DNA from: Malacoraja senta
Taxonomy: Eukaryota
Direction of reading: 5' to 3'
Assembly: GCA_038087875.1 (NCBI GenBank)
Contig: CM075995.1
Coordinates: 9,302,001-9,366,000, forward strand
Length of the DNA: 64,000 nucleotides
Positions 38,205-50,371 of the stretch are shown in pieces. Within the stretch, counting starts at the first letter, position 1, and each line of letters starts with the position of its first letter. Under the pieces are notes generated by a model. The model had not been told where the DNA came from and made no database searches. It worked only from the letters and a program-made list of their open reading frames with translations. The position numbers and the translations under genes are program-made.

Positions 38205-38735
38205 TCCTTTTATCTGAGGCGCCATATCCGAGGAAGGATGTGCTGGCGTTGGAGAGGGTCCAGAGGAGGTTTATGAGAATGATCCCGGGCATGAGTGGCT
38301 CAACATATGATGAGTGTTTGACGGCACTGGGCCTGTACTCGCTGGAGTTTAGAAGGATGAGGGGGCACCTCATTGAAACTTACCAAATAGTGAAAGGCCT
38401 GGATAGAGTGGATGTGGAGAGGGTGTTTCCACTAGTGGGAGAGTCTAGGACTAGAGAATGAAAGGACGTACATTTAGAAAGGAGAAGAGAATGAATTTGT
38501 TTAGTCAGAGGGTGGTGAATCTATGGAATTCATTGCTACAAAAGGCTGTGGAGGCCAAGTCAATGGATATTTTTAAGGCAGAGATAGACAGATTCTTGAT
38601 TAGTATAGGTGTTAGGGGTTATGGGTCAAAGGCACGAGAATGGGGTTGAGAGGGAAAGATAGATCAGCCATTATTTAATGGTGGAGTAGTCTTGACGGGC
38701 CGAATGGCCTAATTCTGTTCCTAGAACATATGAAC
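38205..38735 (+). mobile_element. CR1 3' fragment
   Basis: APYPRKDVLALERVQRRFMRMIPGM...LGLYSLEFRRMRGHLIETYQIVKG. Confidence 0.9.
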
Positions 38736-38979
38736 TTTTAAACTTTGCTGCATTTATTTTTGTAGGAATGAACTACTAGAAATGTTATGGCTCAGAATGT
38801 ACTGAATGGCAGCTGTGTGTTGTGTGTAGAACCCCAGCTAACAACAATGAGCAGGTCAGCGGCTTCTTGGCTCTGCACATTGTCAGCACAAGTCTGGCTG
38901 GATAGAACAATACTGAAAATCTGAAAACTGATTTGATCCTTTTAAATTTCACATAATGCCAATAATTTTAATCTACGAA

Positions 38980-39580
38980 CCTTTAGAATGCAGGAGGATG
39001 AGGGGTGGGTTTATCTTATAGAGGTGTATAAGATCATGAGGGGAATGGGTCATGTAGGTGCACAGAGTGTCTTGCCCAGAATAGGGGAATGAAGAACCAG
39101 AGGACATAGGTTTAAGATGAGAGGGAAAAGATTGAATAAGAACCTAATAGACAAAATTGCTGGAGAAACTCAGCGGGTGAGGCAGCATCTATGGAGCGAA
39201 GGAAATAGGCAACATTTCGGGTTTCCAGCATCTGCTGTTCCTTCTTAAACATAAGAACCTGATAGGTACGTTTTTCACATGTAGTGTGGAGGGTGTATGG
39301 AACGAGATGCCAGAGGAGGTGGCCCAGTCTGAAGAAGGGTTCCGACCTGAAACATCACCTGTTCCTTTTCTCCAGTAATGCTGCCTGACCCACTGAGTTA
39401 TTCCAGCACTTTGTGTCTATTGCCAGAGGAGATAGTTGAGGCAGGTACTATAATAACATTTAAAATACTTGGACAGGAAAGGTTTAGAGTGATATGGGTC
39501 AAATGCAGGCAGGTGTAGACTAGTGTAGATGGAGCATCTTATTGGTGGTATGGTCAAGTTGGCATTGTTTCCATGCTGAA
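38980..39580 (+). mobile_element. CR1 3' fragment with two nested mini-PLEs
   Basis: Mini-PLE 39146-39250 has TSD ATAAGAACCT (39136-39145, 39251-39260); a second PLE piece lies at ~39325-39420. Confidence 0.8.
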
Positions 39581-40212
39581 TGACATTTATCAGTTTATCG
39601 GGATGCCACCTCCTCTGGCATCTCGTTCCATACACCCTCCATGTGAAATACTTACCTCTCTGGTTCCTATTCTATCTTTTCCCTCTCATCTTAAACCTAT
39701 GTCCTCTGGTTCTTCATTCCCCTATTCTGGGCAAAAGACTCTGTGCACCTACTCTATCAGTTTAAAGACAATAGACAATAGGTGCAGGAGTAGGCCATTC
39801 GGCCCTTCGAGCCAGCACCGCCATTCAATATGATCATGGCTGATCATCCCCAATCAGTACCCCGTTCCTGCCTTCTCCCCATATCCCCTGACTCCCTATC
39901 TAGCTCTCTCTTGAAAGTATCCCGAGAACCAGCCTCCACCGCCCTCTGAGGCAGAGAATTCCAGACTCACCACTCTCTGTGAGAAAACGTGTTTCCTCGT
40001 CTCCGTTCTAAATGGCTTACTCCTTATTCTTAGTTCTTAAAGTATTTTAAAGTAAATTTATTTCAAAGCTAGTTCTTGTTACATATTTTAAAGCTTTGAA
40101 AATGTTTACAAATGGCATGAACATCAGAGCCACACTATGTACGATCTTGCTCAATCAAATTATTACTTTTTACATACACATACAGAGAGAACCAAAATGG
40201 AAGGTTGCATGT

Positions 40213-40429
40213 AAGATCAACACAAAATGCTGGAGTAACTCAGTGGGACCGGCAGCATCTCTGGAGTGGGGTGACGTTTTAGGTCGACCCTTCTACAGTC
40301 TGAGGAAGGGTCTCGACCAGAAACGTCACCCCATTCCTTCTCTCCAGAGATGCTGCCTGACCCGCCGAGTTACTCCAGCATTTTGTGTCTATCTTCGGTG
40401 TAAACCAGCATCTGCAGTCCCTTCCTGGG
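40213..40429. mobile_element. Hairpin mini-Penelope (family 1)
   Basis: TSD AGGTTGCATGT at 40202-40212 and 40430-40440; central back-to-back hammerhead motifs. Confidence 0.85.
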
Positions 40430-40519
40430 AGGTTGCATGTCTCTGGATGATTCTTTCCAAATAAAATGTTGCCAGCCGGAGATGACATTCTCTCTAATTT
40501 TCACAACAGGATAGCTAGC

Positions 40520-41490
40520 ATTGAGAACCAGAGGACAGAGGTTTAAGGTGATGGGGGAAAGATTTAATAGGAACCTGAGGGGTAACTTGTTTTACACAAA
40601 GGGTGGTGGTTGTATGGAGGGAGCTGCTGGAGGAGGTAGTTGAGGCAGGTACTATTGCAACTTTTAAGAAACATTTAGACAGGTACATGGATAGGACAGG
40701 TTTAGAGGGATACGGGCCAAAGGCATACAGATGGGGCTAGTGTAGATGGGACGTGTTGATCGGCATGGACAGATTGGAACAAAGGGCCTGTTTCCACGCT
40801 GTATCACTCTATGACAGCAAATCAAAAAGAAAATGTACAGATTCTAGAAAGAAATAGAAAATACTGGAAACACTCACTCAGCAGGCCAGCCAATATCTGT
40901 GGAAAGAGAAACAGTTAGTGTTTCAGCTCAAAAAACCTTCAAGAGCATAATAGTCTCCATGTTAAAGAGGTCATTGGTAAAAATTATTTATCTTAATTTC
41001 TCTGCAGTCTAATAGCATGCATGATGATGATCTGGGGATGATTGGGTTACCATATGATGAGCGTTTGACAGCACTGGGCATGTACTTGCTGGAGTCCAGA
41101 AGGATGAGGGGACACCTCATTGAAACTTACTGAACAATGAAAGGCCAGGATAGAGTGGATGCAGAGAGGATGTGTCCACTAGGGGGAGGGTTTAGGATCA
41201 GAGGTCGTAGGCTCAGAATAAAAGGACGCACCTTTAGAAAGGAGATGAGAAGGAATTTCTTTAGTTGGAGGGTGGTGAATCTGTAAAATTCATTGCCACG
41301 GTTCTGTGGAGGCCAAGTCAATTGATATTTTTAAGGCAGAGATTGATAGATTCATCATCAGTGTGGTTGTCAGGGGTTGCGGGGAGAAGGCAGGAGAATG
41401 GGGTTGAGCGGGAAAGATAGATCAGCCATGATGAATGGCGGAGTAGACTCGATGGGCCGAATGGCCTACTTCTCCCATGATTTGTGAACT
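40520..41490 (+). mobile_element. Two CR1 3' fragments (~40520-40815 and ~41030-41490)
   Basis: Same CR1 subfamilies as elsewhere in the window. Confidence 0.8.
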
Positions 41491-42069
41491 ATCTAAATGA
41501 ACTGAATAAAACAGGTAAGAACAAAACACCATGTGCTGGAGTAATCTGTGTTGGGAATGGATAGATAGCCTGTCCCCCTGCTGTCTGACCTGCTGAGTTC
41601 CTCCAGCACTTTGTTTTGTTCAAGCTTCAGCATCTGCAGTTTCTTGTGCCTCCAAAACTGGTATGATGTTGTCAGTTGCTGCCCTGGTCATTGTATGGGT
41701 TGAGCTTCACTTCATCTAAGATGGATTCCTACCAGGTCTCTCCCCAATGTACATCTGAGGGTAGCTTGTTTATGGAAGAGCTTGCTCCTCCTCGGGTTGC
41801 AGGCAGGCAGGCAGTGTTATAAATTAACAAGTGGTTGATTTACACTTTGAGCATTGTTTTCCATTTGCTCGTCATTAACACCGAGTGATACCGATTACAA
41901 AAGATGCAATAGCCTGAATCCGCGGTCACAACGGTCATGTTTGATGCTATGCCTCCATGAAGCTGACAGCAACCTCTGGCATCTTGAAAGCACAAATAAA
42001 TGAGAAATCTAGTTGCTGAGAATGAGTCAATGCTCCTCCTCAATTCTGCTTCTCCTAAGAAGCCAGACA

Positions 42070-42145
42070 ATTTTTATTCCTGTAATACTGTGACATCCAG
42101 TACGTCATTGTGTACTGGATGTCACAGTATTACAGGAATAAAAAT
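42070..42145. repeat. Perfect inverted repeat, 34-bp arms with 8-nt loop
   Basis: ATTTTTATTCCTGTAATACTGTGACATCCAGTAC-gtcattgt-GTACTGGATGTCACAGTATTACAGGAATAAAAAT. Confidence 0.95.
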
Positions 42146-42579
42146 GCCTCTATTAGCTAGAAGGATTAACAGTGTACTTATACCAAAGCGACCTATTCTC
42201 AAGTTGTTTATTGTTTGTTTACTATTGGCTCTTGCTATAAATCAACATCAATTTGTACTTTAGACTTTATAGATACAGCATGTAAACAGGCCCTTCAGCC
42301 CACTGAGTTTTCAGTGCTAGGCCTAAAACAGGCATTGCCAAAGGCACCATCATCACCTTGAGTAATCAAGAGCTGGGGATTCCCACAAGTTGGAGAGATT
42401 GCACATTTCTTTTCAAGGTGGGTTTGTAAACATCCGTCCTTGAATCATTTCCTCTGTCTACCTAGTAATCTTCTGCCCTGATGGAGCTCGAGAGTAGAAT
42501 GACTGATTTGAGGAGTCGGGTGTATGGTATGTGAATTATGAGACCTGCCCACGAGAGTGTGATTAAAGCTTCAGTTATG

Positions 42580-43288
42580 GCTTTAGACTTCAGAGATACA
42601 GCGTGGAAACAGGCCCATCGACCCACCGAGTCCACGCCGACCATCGATCACTGTACACTAACATCCTACACACAGGACAATTTACAATTTGTTTATACCA
42701 AAGCCAGATAACTTACAATCCCGCATGTCTTTGGACCGTGGGAGGAAACCGGAGCACCTGCAGAAGTCCTACGTGGTCAGAGGGAGAATGTACAATCTCC
42801 GTACAGACAGTACCCATAGTCAGGATTGAAACCGGGGGTTTCTGGCCCTGTGAGGCAGCAACCTGCCGCTGCAGGTCTTTACTGGAGAATTTTATTTTAA
42901 GTCTGAAGAAGGGTATCGACCCGAACCTTCGCCTGTGTATTCCCTCCACAGATGCTGCCTGACCCACTGAGTTACTCAACACTTACTAAATCCCTGCAGA
43001 TTTAGTTTAGTTTGGTTTAGTTTAGAGATATAGCATGGAAACAGGCCCTTCAGCCCACCGGATCCACACCGCCCAGCGATCGTCACACACTAACACTATC
43101 CTACACACACTAGGGACAATTTATAATTTTACCAAGCCAATTAACCTACAATGAATCTTTGGGATGTGGGAGGAAACCGGAGATCCTGGACAAAACCCAC
43201 GCGGTCACAGGGAGAACGTACAATCTCCATACAGACAGCACCCATAGTCAGGATTGAACCTGTGTCTCTGGGCCACTGTGCTGCCCAA
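42580..43288 (-). mobile_element. Two V-SINEs (~42580-42870, ~43000-43288) with a PLE piece between
   Basis: (AGTTT)n tail on the second copy; V-domains and B boxes on the minus strand. Confidence 0.85.
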
Positions 43289-44519
43289 ATGTGATATCTC
43301 ACAAATATATCATTCTGTGGAATTCTCTGCCCCAGTGGAGGCAGGTTCTCTGGATGCTTTCAAGAGAGAGCTAGATAGGGCTCTTAAAAATAGCGGAGTC
43401 AGGGGATATGGGGAGAAGGCAGGAACGGGGTACTGTTTGGGGATGATCAGCCATGATCACATTAAATGGCGGTGCTGGCTCGAAGGGCCAAATGGCCTAC
43501 TCCTGCACCTATTGTCTATTGTCTATTGTCTATTCAATATTTTACTGGATTTGACCATGAACAGTACAATATGTTGGTCAAAGTCTGACACGATGGCATG
43601 GTATTATGGCCATGATCTTTTCATTCTGTCACAGTCTGCCATGCTGTCTGTCTCTGAGCCAAGATGAAGTTCCAAGGTGACAAGGATTGCAGCATCCTCA
43701 TCCTGTTTCTCACACCTCACTTGTATAGCACACAGCACAATCTCCTCTGATTTCCTGTTGGCAGACTAAGTCTGCACATGTTCTCACAATGTTATCCTTC
43801 TGCTTTTCAACTTCAGACAGGCAAAAAATGCAATTTGACAGCAAGTGTAAGAAGGTGATGAAGACAATGATAACAAAAATATATATCGCCACTCAACGTA
43901 ACACCTGTAGTCATCTAGCTCATAAACTGACACTGCTTAACTGAGAAGACTTTGGGATTTGCACTTTACATTGAACATAGAACAGTACAGCACAAAAACG
44001 GCTCTTTGGCCCACACTGTCTGTGCTCAACATAATGGCAAGATAAATTAATCTCATCTGCCTACGCATGATCCATATCCCACCATTTCCTGCATATCTAC
44101 GTGCCTATAGAAAAGCCTCTTTAACACCATATATGGAACAAGTTGCCAGAGGAGGTAGTTGAGGCTGGGACTATCCCATCGTTTAAGAAACAGTTGGATA
44201 GGTACATGGATAGGGCGGGTTTGGAAGGAGGGATATGGACTAAGCGCAGGCAAGTGGGACGATGGTAGCTGGGACATTGTTGGGCGAATTGGGCTGAAGG
44301 GCCTGTTTCCACACTGTATCACTCTATGACACTATGACTTCCCTATCATCCACCATGATACCACCACCATCACTGTCAGTGGATTCCAGGCATACGCCAC
44401 CCTCTAGTAATAAAAAAATCTGCCCAACGTATCTCCTTTAAACTTTGCTGCTCTGTCCTTAATGGGATGCTCTGTAGTCTTTGACATTTCTACCATGAAA
44501 ACAGGTTATGAATGTCTAC

Positions 44520-45160
44520 TTTAGTTTAGTTTAGAGATACAGCATGGAAACAGGCCCTTCGGCCCACCGAGTCTCCGCCGACCAGCGATCACCTGTACAC
44601 AAGTTCTATCCTACACACCAGGGACAATATTTTAAAGAATCCAATTCACCTACAAACCTGCACATCTTTGTCCAGAAATTCACCTACAAACCTGAGTCCA
44701 GAACCAGGGGCCACAGTTTAAGAATAAGGGGTAAGCCATTTAGAACGGAGACGAGGAAACACTTTTTCTTACAGAGAGTGGTGAGCCTGTGGAATTCTCT
44801 GCCTCAGAGGGCGGTGGAGGCAGGTTCTCTGGATGCTTTCAAGAGAGAGCTAGATAGGGCTCTTAAAGATAGCGGAGTCAGGGGATATGGGGAGAAGGCA
44901 GGAACGGGGTACTGATTGGGAATGATCAGCCATGATCGCATTGAATGGAGATGCTGGCTCGAAGGGCCGAATGGCCTACTCCTGCACCTATTGTCTATTG
45001 TCTATGGAATGTGGGAGGAAACCGAGTGCCCGGAGAAAACCCACACGGCCACAGCAAAAACGTACCAACTCTGTACAATCAGCATCCATGGTAAGGATGG
45101 AAACTGGGTCTTTGATGCTGTAAGACAGTAACTCTACTGCTGCGCCACTGTGCTGTCCTG
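44520..45160 (-). mobile_element. V-SINE interrupted by a CR1 3' end (~44694-45005, +)
   Basis: SINE halves on either side of ESRTRGHSLRIRGKPFRTETRKHFF. Confidence 0.85.
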
Positions 45161-45448
45161 TGTCCACTCTATGCCTCTCCAAATGTTGAACATAGGGCAA
45201 TGGCCAAGGGCATTGAAGGTGACATCTTCCCGGAGGGCAATGTTACATCTAAGTCTCAATGAATCCTTGTGTGCAATGTCAAGGACCATGGAACCATTGG
45301 ACAACTTTTTTTAGTGTACTTATGGTCTCATTGCAGAAACTGACGGATGCCATCTCAGCTGTCATTGCAGTTCCCACTTGAGTGAATTGGAATGATTACT
45401 TTTTGATCTTTCTGTTTTTGAATTTTGGCCAAACACAGAGAAGATAAA

Positions 45449-45625
45449 CACAAAGTGCTGAGTAACTCAGCAGGTCAGGCAGCATCTCTGGGTAAACTCT
45501 GGAGAATTCCTCTCCTCCCTCTACTTTCAGTCTGAAGAAGGGTTCCAACCTAAAACGTCACCCATTCCTTTTCTCCAGAGATACTGCCTGACCCTCTGAG
45601 TTACTCCAGCACTCTCTGTCTATTG
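45449..45625. mobile_element. Hairpin mini-Penelope (family 1)
   Basis: TSD ACAGAGAAGATAAA at 45435-45448 and 45626-45639. Confidence 0.8.
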
Positions 45626-45671
45626 ACAGAGAAGATAAAGATGCGGGGCCTTTGGCAAATGGGGAAATACA

Positions 45672-46948
45672 CGGTAAATCATGTCTGACGTATCATAGAA
45701 TTTTTCGAGGATGTAACTAGTAGAGTGGATAAGGGAGAACCAGTGGATGTGTTATATCTGGATTTTCAGAAGGCTTTCGACAAGGTCCCACATAAGAGAT
45801 TAGTATACAAACTTAAAGCACACGGTATTAGGGGTTCAGTATTGATGTGGATAGAGAACTGGCTGGCAGACAGGAAGCAAAGAGTAGGAGTAAATGGGTC
45901 CTTTTCACAATGGCACGCAGTGACTAGTGGGGTACCGCAAGTCTCAGTGCTGGGACACCAGCTATTTACAATATATATTAATGATTTGGACGAAGGAATT
46001 GAATGCAACATCTCCAAGTTTGCAGATGACACAAAGCTGGGGGCAGTGTTAGCTGTGAGTAGGATGCTAGAAGGCTGCAAGGTGACTTGGATAGGCTGGG
46101 TGAGTGGGCAAATGCATGGCAGATGCAGTATAATGTGGATAAATGTCAGGTTATCCACTTTGGTGGCAAAAACAGGAAAGTAGACTATTATCTGAATGGT
46201 GGCCGATTAGGAAAAGGGGAGATGCAACGAGACCTGGGTGTCATGGTACACCAGTCATTGAAAGTAGGCATGCAGGTGCAACAGGCAGTGAAGAAAGCGA
46301 ATGGTATGTTAGCATTCATAGGAAAATTATTTGAGTATAGGAGCAGGGAGGTTCTTCTGCAGTTGTACGGGGTCTTGGTGAGACCACACCTGGAGTATTG
46401 CATACAGTTTTGGTCTCCAAATCCAAGGAAAGACATTCTTGCCATAGAGGGAGTGCAGAGAAGGTTCACCAGACTGATTCCTGGGATGTCAGGACTTTCA
46501 TATGAAGAAAGACTGGATAGACTCGGCGTGTCCTCGCTAGAATTTAGAAAATTGAGGGGGGATCTTATAGAAACTTACAAAATTCTTAAGGGGTTGGACA
46601 GGCTAGATGCAGGAAGATTGTTCCCGATGTTGGGGAAGTCCGGAACAAGGGGTCACAGTTTAAGGATAAGGGGGAAATCTTTTAGGACCGAGATGAGAAA
46701 ATCATTTTTTCACACAGAGAGTGGTGAATCTGTGGAATTCTCTGCCACAGAAGGTAGTTGAGGCCAGTTCATTGGCTATATTTAAGAGGGAGTTAGATGT
46801 GGCCCTCGTGGCTAAAGGGATCAGGGGGTATGGAGAGAAGGCAGGTACAGGATACTGAGTTGGATGATCAGCCATGATCATATTGAATGGCGGTGCAGGC
46901 TCGAAGGGCCGAATGGCCTACTCCTGCACCTATTTCTATGTTTCTATG
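45672..46948 (+). mobile_element. Longest CR1 copy: RT domain to 3' tail, frameshifted
   Basis: ORFs 45725..46183 ([13 protein letters not shown]...KFADDTKLG) and 46087..46761; (TTTCTATG)n tail. Confidence 0.95.
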
Positions 46949-46984
46949 AAACGGGTTGTGCTTGCCAATATTTCAGCTGTTGGT

Positions 46985-47196
46985 ACACAAAAATGCTGGA
47001 GAAACTCAGCGGGTGCAGCAGCATCTATGGAGCGAAGGAAATAGGTAACGTTTCGGGCCGAAACCCTTCTTCAGACCCGAAACGGCCCGAAACGTTACCT
47101 ATTTCCTTCGCTCCATAGATGCTGCTGCACCCGCTGAGTTTCTCCAGCATTTTTGTGTACCTTCGATTTTCCAGCATCTGCAGTTCCTTCTTTAAC
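46985..47196. mobile_element. Hairpin mini-Penelope (family 2), young
   Basis: TSD ATTTCAGCTGTTGGT at 46970-46984 and 47197-47211; minus-strand hammerhead GGU CUGAAGA A GGGUUUCGGCCC GAAACGUU ACCU at ~47043-47076. Confidence 0.9.
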
Positions 47197-47374
47197 ATTT
47201 CAGCTGTTGGTGTTGTTCAAAGGTCCTTCAGTCTAAAGAGGACACCATGAGTTCCCTACTTTCTGCTCCATGTCAGCTTGCAGATTGTAAGGTTAATACT
47301 TTCATGATGCCAACAAAGTGCAGCAGACACCAGATCTTTTCATAAGTGCTCTGTTCAGTACTGTACGTTTGTCG

Positions 47375-48345
47375 GCACTGGGCCTGTACTCAATAGAGTT
47401 TAGAAGAATGAGGGGGGACCTCATTGAAATGTACAGAGTACTGAAAGGCTCGGATAGAATAGATGTGGAGAGGATGTTTCCACTAGTGTGAAAGTCTAGG
47501 ACTAGAGGTCACAGCCTCAGAATTAAAGGATGTTCTTTTAGTAAGGAGATGAGGAGGAATTTCGTTAGACAGAGGGTATTGAATCTGTGAAATTCTTTGC
47601 CACAGACGGCTGTGGAGGCCAAGTCTGTGAAGGGAGAGATAGATTGATTCTTGATTAATACAGGTGTTAGAGGTTATGGGGAGAAGGCAGGAGAATGGGG
47701 TTAGGAGGGAGATGTAGATCAGCTATGATTGAATGGCGGAGTAGACTTGACTGGGCCGAATGGCATAATTCTGCTCACATCACATGATCTTATGCACGAT
47801 TTCTCCAGCAGTGCAGAGATCAGAGGCATTGTCTGGGACATGCTATTTTTAAACATGCCCCAAAGGGTGGAGGGATGATTTACGAGGATGTTGCCAGGAC
47901 TGGGGGGGGGGGCTGAGCTATGGGGAAAGATTGAACAAACTAGGACTTTATTCCTTGGAGTGCAGGAGGATGAGGGGTGATCTTATAAAGGTGTACAAAA
48001 ATCATGAGAGGAATAGATCGGATAAATGTATTGAGTCTTTTGCCCAGACTAGGAGCATCGAGAACCAGAGGACAGGTTTAAGGTAGGGGGAAGAGATTTT
48101 ATAGGGATCTGAGGTGTATCTTTTTTACAGAAAGGGTGGTGGTGTATGGAGCGAGCAGCTGGAGGAGGTAGTTGAGGCAGGTACTGTCGCAATGTTTAAG
48201 AAACATTTGGATAGGTACATAGATAGGATTAGAGGGATATGGGCCAAATGTAGGCAGGCAGGACTAGTGTAGATGTGACATATTGGTCAGTGTGGGCAAG
48301 TTGGGCCGAAGGGCCTGTTTCCACACTGTATGGACACTATGACAC
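47375..48345 (+). mobile_element. Two CR1 3' fragments (~47375-47790, ~47860-48345)
   Basis: CR1 ORF2 end and 3' UTR motifs. Confidence 0.8.
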
Positions 48346-48356
48346 TCTTTTACTCA

Positions 48357-48665
48357 TAGGTAGACACAAAACGCTGGAGTAACTCAGCGGGACAGGCAGC
48401 ATCTCTGGAGAGAAGGAATGGGTGACGTTTCAGGTCGAGACCCTTCTTTAGACTGAAAACCTTCAGGGGAGAGGGAAACTAGAGATATGGAAGGATAAGG
48501 TGTGAAAATGACAGATCAAAGCAGACGACGATCAAGGAAATGTAGAATGGTTCTTTGTTGGCTGAGGGGAAGATGGCAATGGGGCATACAAACAGTAAAA
48601 TTAATAAGGAGGACAGTGAAACTAGTTTGAGAACTAGGGTGGGGGAGTGGCACAGGGAGAGGGAA
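48357..48665 (-). mobile_element. Penelope-like 3' UTR fragment
   Basis: Homologous to 28945-29260 and 55740-56020. Confidence 0.8.
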
Positions 48666-49264
48666 AGAGTAGGCACGATGTTGGATCTTGTGTATCTGGT
48701 TCCTTCGCCTGTTTTTGCAGCCTCTTGACTAGTCCCATTTTCTCTCTTCATTTTAAAAGTCTAGAAAAATACATTCTTAATTTAATTGATGCAGATTCTT
48801 GCAGAATTTGTTAATCCGAAATGACATTTGATTTTCCTTCATTCTTAATCTCTCCAAAACAAAAATCCGCTACTTCAAATTTGAACGTGTGGATCATTTT
48901 CAAAATAAGCCTTGAAGGTGGGCGTAGGTACACTACATTGGTATTAAAAATGGAAACAATTCCACAAAGACATCTTATGTTATTTTCCTGTACCCACTTA
49001 AAGGATTTTTTTTGAAGAATTAAAAAAAGACTTGATTGATGGTGACATTCAAAAGTAACAACAACATTCTGGAAAAGCTTCACGGTACTCCATGAGCAGC
49101 TGCAGGCTTTTGGCAGCTTTTCATTCTTATTCTGGAAATGCATTAGCCAGTATCATATTTATCTGCTTGAATGAGCGCAGCATTCATGAATAAAGATTTT
49201 CCATGTGATTTTCTGTGACTGCACAAAATTCTGACCATGGCTGAATTTCATTGCTTATGTAATA

Positions 49265-49548
49265 AGGGCAGCACAGTGGCGCAGCAGTTGAGTTGCTGCC
49301 TCACAGCGCCAGGGACCCGGGTTTGATCCTGACTATGTCTGTACAGATTTTGTACATTCTCCCTGTGACCTGCGTGGGTTTTCTCCAGGATCTCAGGTTT
49401 CCTCCCACAGTCCAAAGAGATACACGTTTGTAGGTTAATTGGCTTGGTATAATTGTGTAAATGAGTGTTAATGGATGAGGATCGCTGGTCGGCACGGACT
49501 CTGGGCCAAAGGGCCTGTTTCCACCCTGTATCTCTAAGCTAAACTAAA
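49265..49548 (+). mobile_element. V-SINE
   Basis: GGGCAGCACAGTGGCGCAG head, V-domain, tail. Confidence 0.85.
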
Positions 49549-49617
49549 AGTGACCCATTCGACAGACTATTACAGTCGAGACACAAGAAACTACAGATGC
49601 TGGAATCTTGACAAAAC

Positions 49618-50057
49618 ACAGAGTGCTGGAGTAACTCAGCGGGTCAGGCAGCATCTGTGGAGAACATGGATAGGTGACGTTTCACAGAGTGCTGGAGTAA
49701 CTCAGCGGGTCAGGCAGCATCTGTGGAGAACATGGATAGGTGACGTTTCACAGAGTGCTGGAGTAACTCAGCGGGTCAGGCAGCATCTGTGGCGAACATG
49801 GATAGGTGACGTTTCACAGAGTGCTGGAGTAACTCAGCGGGTCAGGCAGCATCTGTGGAGAACATGGATAGGTGACGTTTCACAGAGTGCTGGAGTAACT
49901 CAGCGGGTCAGGCAGCATCTGTGGAGTGAATGGATAGGTGACGTTTCACAAAGTGCTGGAGTAACTCAGCGGGTTTGGCAGCATCTGTGGAGAACATGGA
50001 TAGGTGACGTTTCACAGAGTGCTGGAGTAACTCAGCGGGTCAGGCAGCATCTGTGGA
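49618..50057 (-). repeat. Tandem array, 6 full + 1 partial 66-bp units
   Basis: Reverse complement of the 15351 unit, period 66 (49618, 49684 ... 50014), inside a diverged PLE copy (~49580-50240). Confidence 0.95.
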
Positions 50058-50371
50058 GGGAATGGACAGATAACCTTTTGGGTCGGGACCCTCCTTCAGA
50101 TTGATTATAGTAGGGGGGAGAAAACTGGAAAAGGGAGGCTGGGGCAGGACAGAGCCTAGCAATAGGTGGGTACGGGGGGGGGGGGGGTAGATTAGCAGAT
50201 GGGTGGAATAACAGATTAGAGGCGAAAAGGAGACAAAAGGGTAGCACATGACGAGAGGATGTGAAATATTATTGAATGTGAGACTCTTTCAGTAGTCAGA
50301 AATCACTTCAGCTGTACTGCTCACAGAAACTTACTTTTCCCCACTTTCTCATAAGATGTATGACATGACTG

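Noticed and set aside
42083..42103. miR-200b/429 family member (TAATACTG seed)
   Set aside because: Only the seed matches, it lies on the 5' arm in both orientations, and the rest of the sequence differs.
45725..46761. Functional reverse transcriptase gene
   Set aside because: 5'-truncated and frameshifted CR1 copy with no endonuclease domain or ORF1.
49550..50104. 184-aa repeat ORF (and ORF 15311..15700) as a protein, or the 66-bp arrays as CRISPR
   Set aside because: The ORF stays open only because the unit is 66 bp with no stop in that frame. Units are contiguous with no unique spacers, there are no cas genes, and the DNA is eukaryotic.
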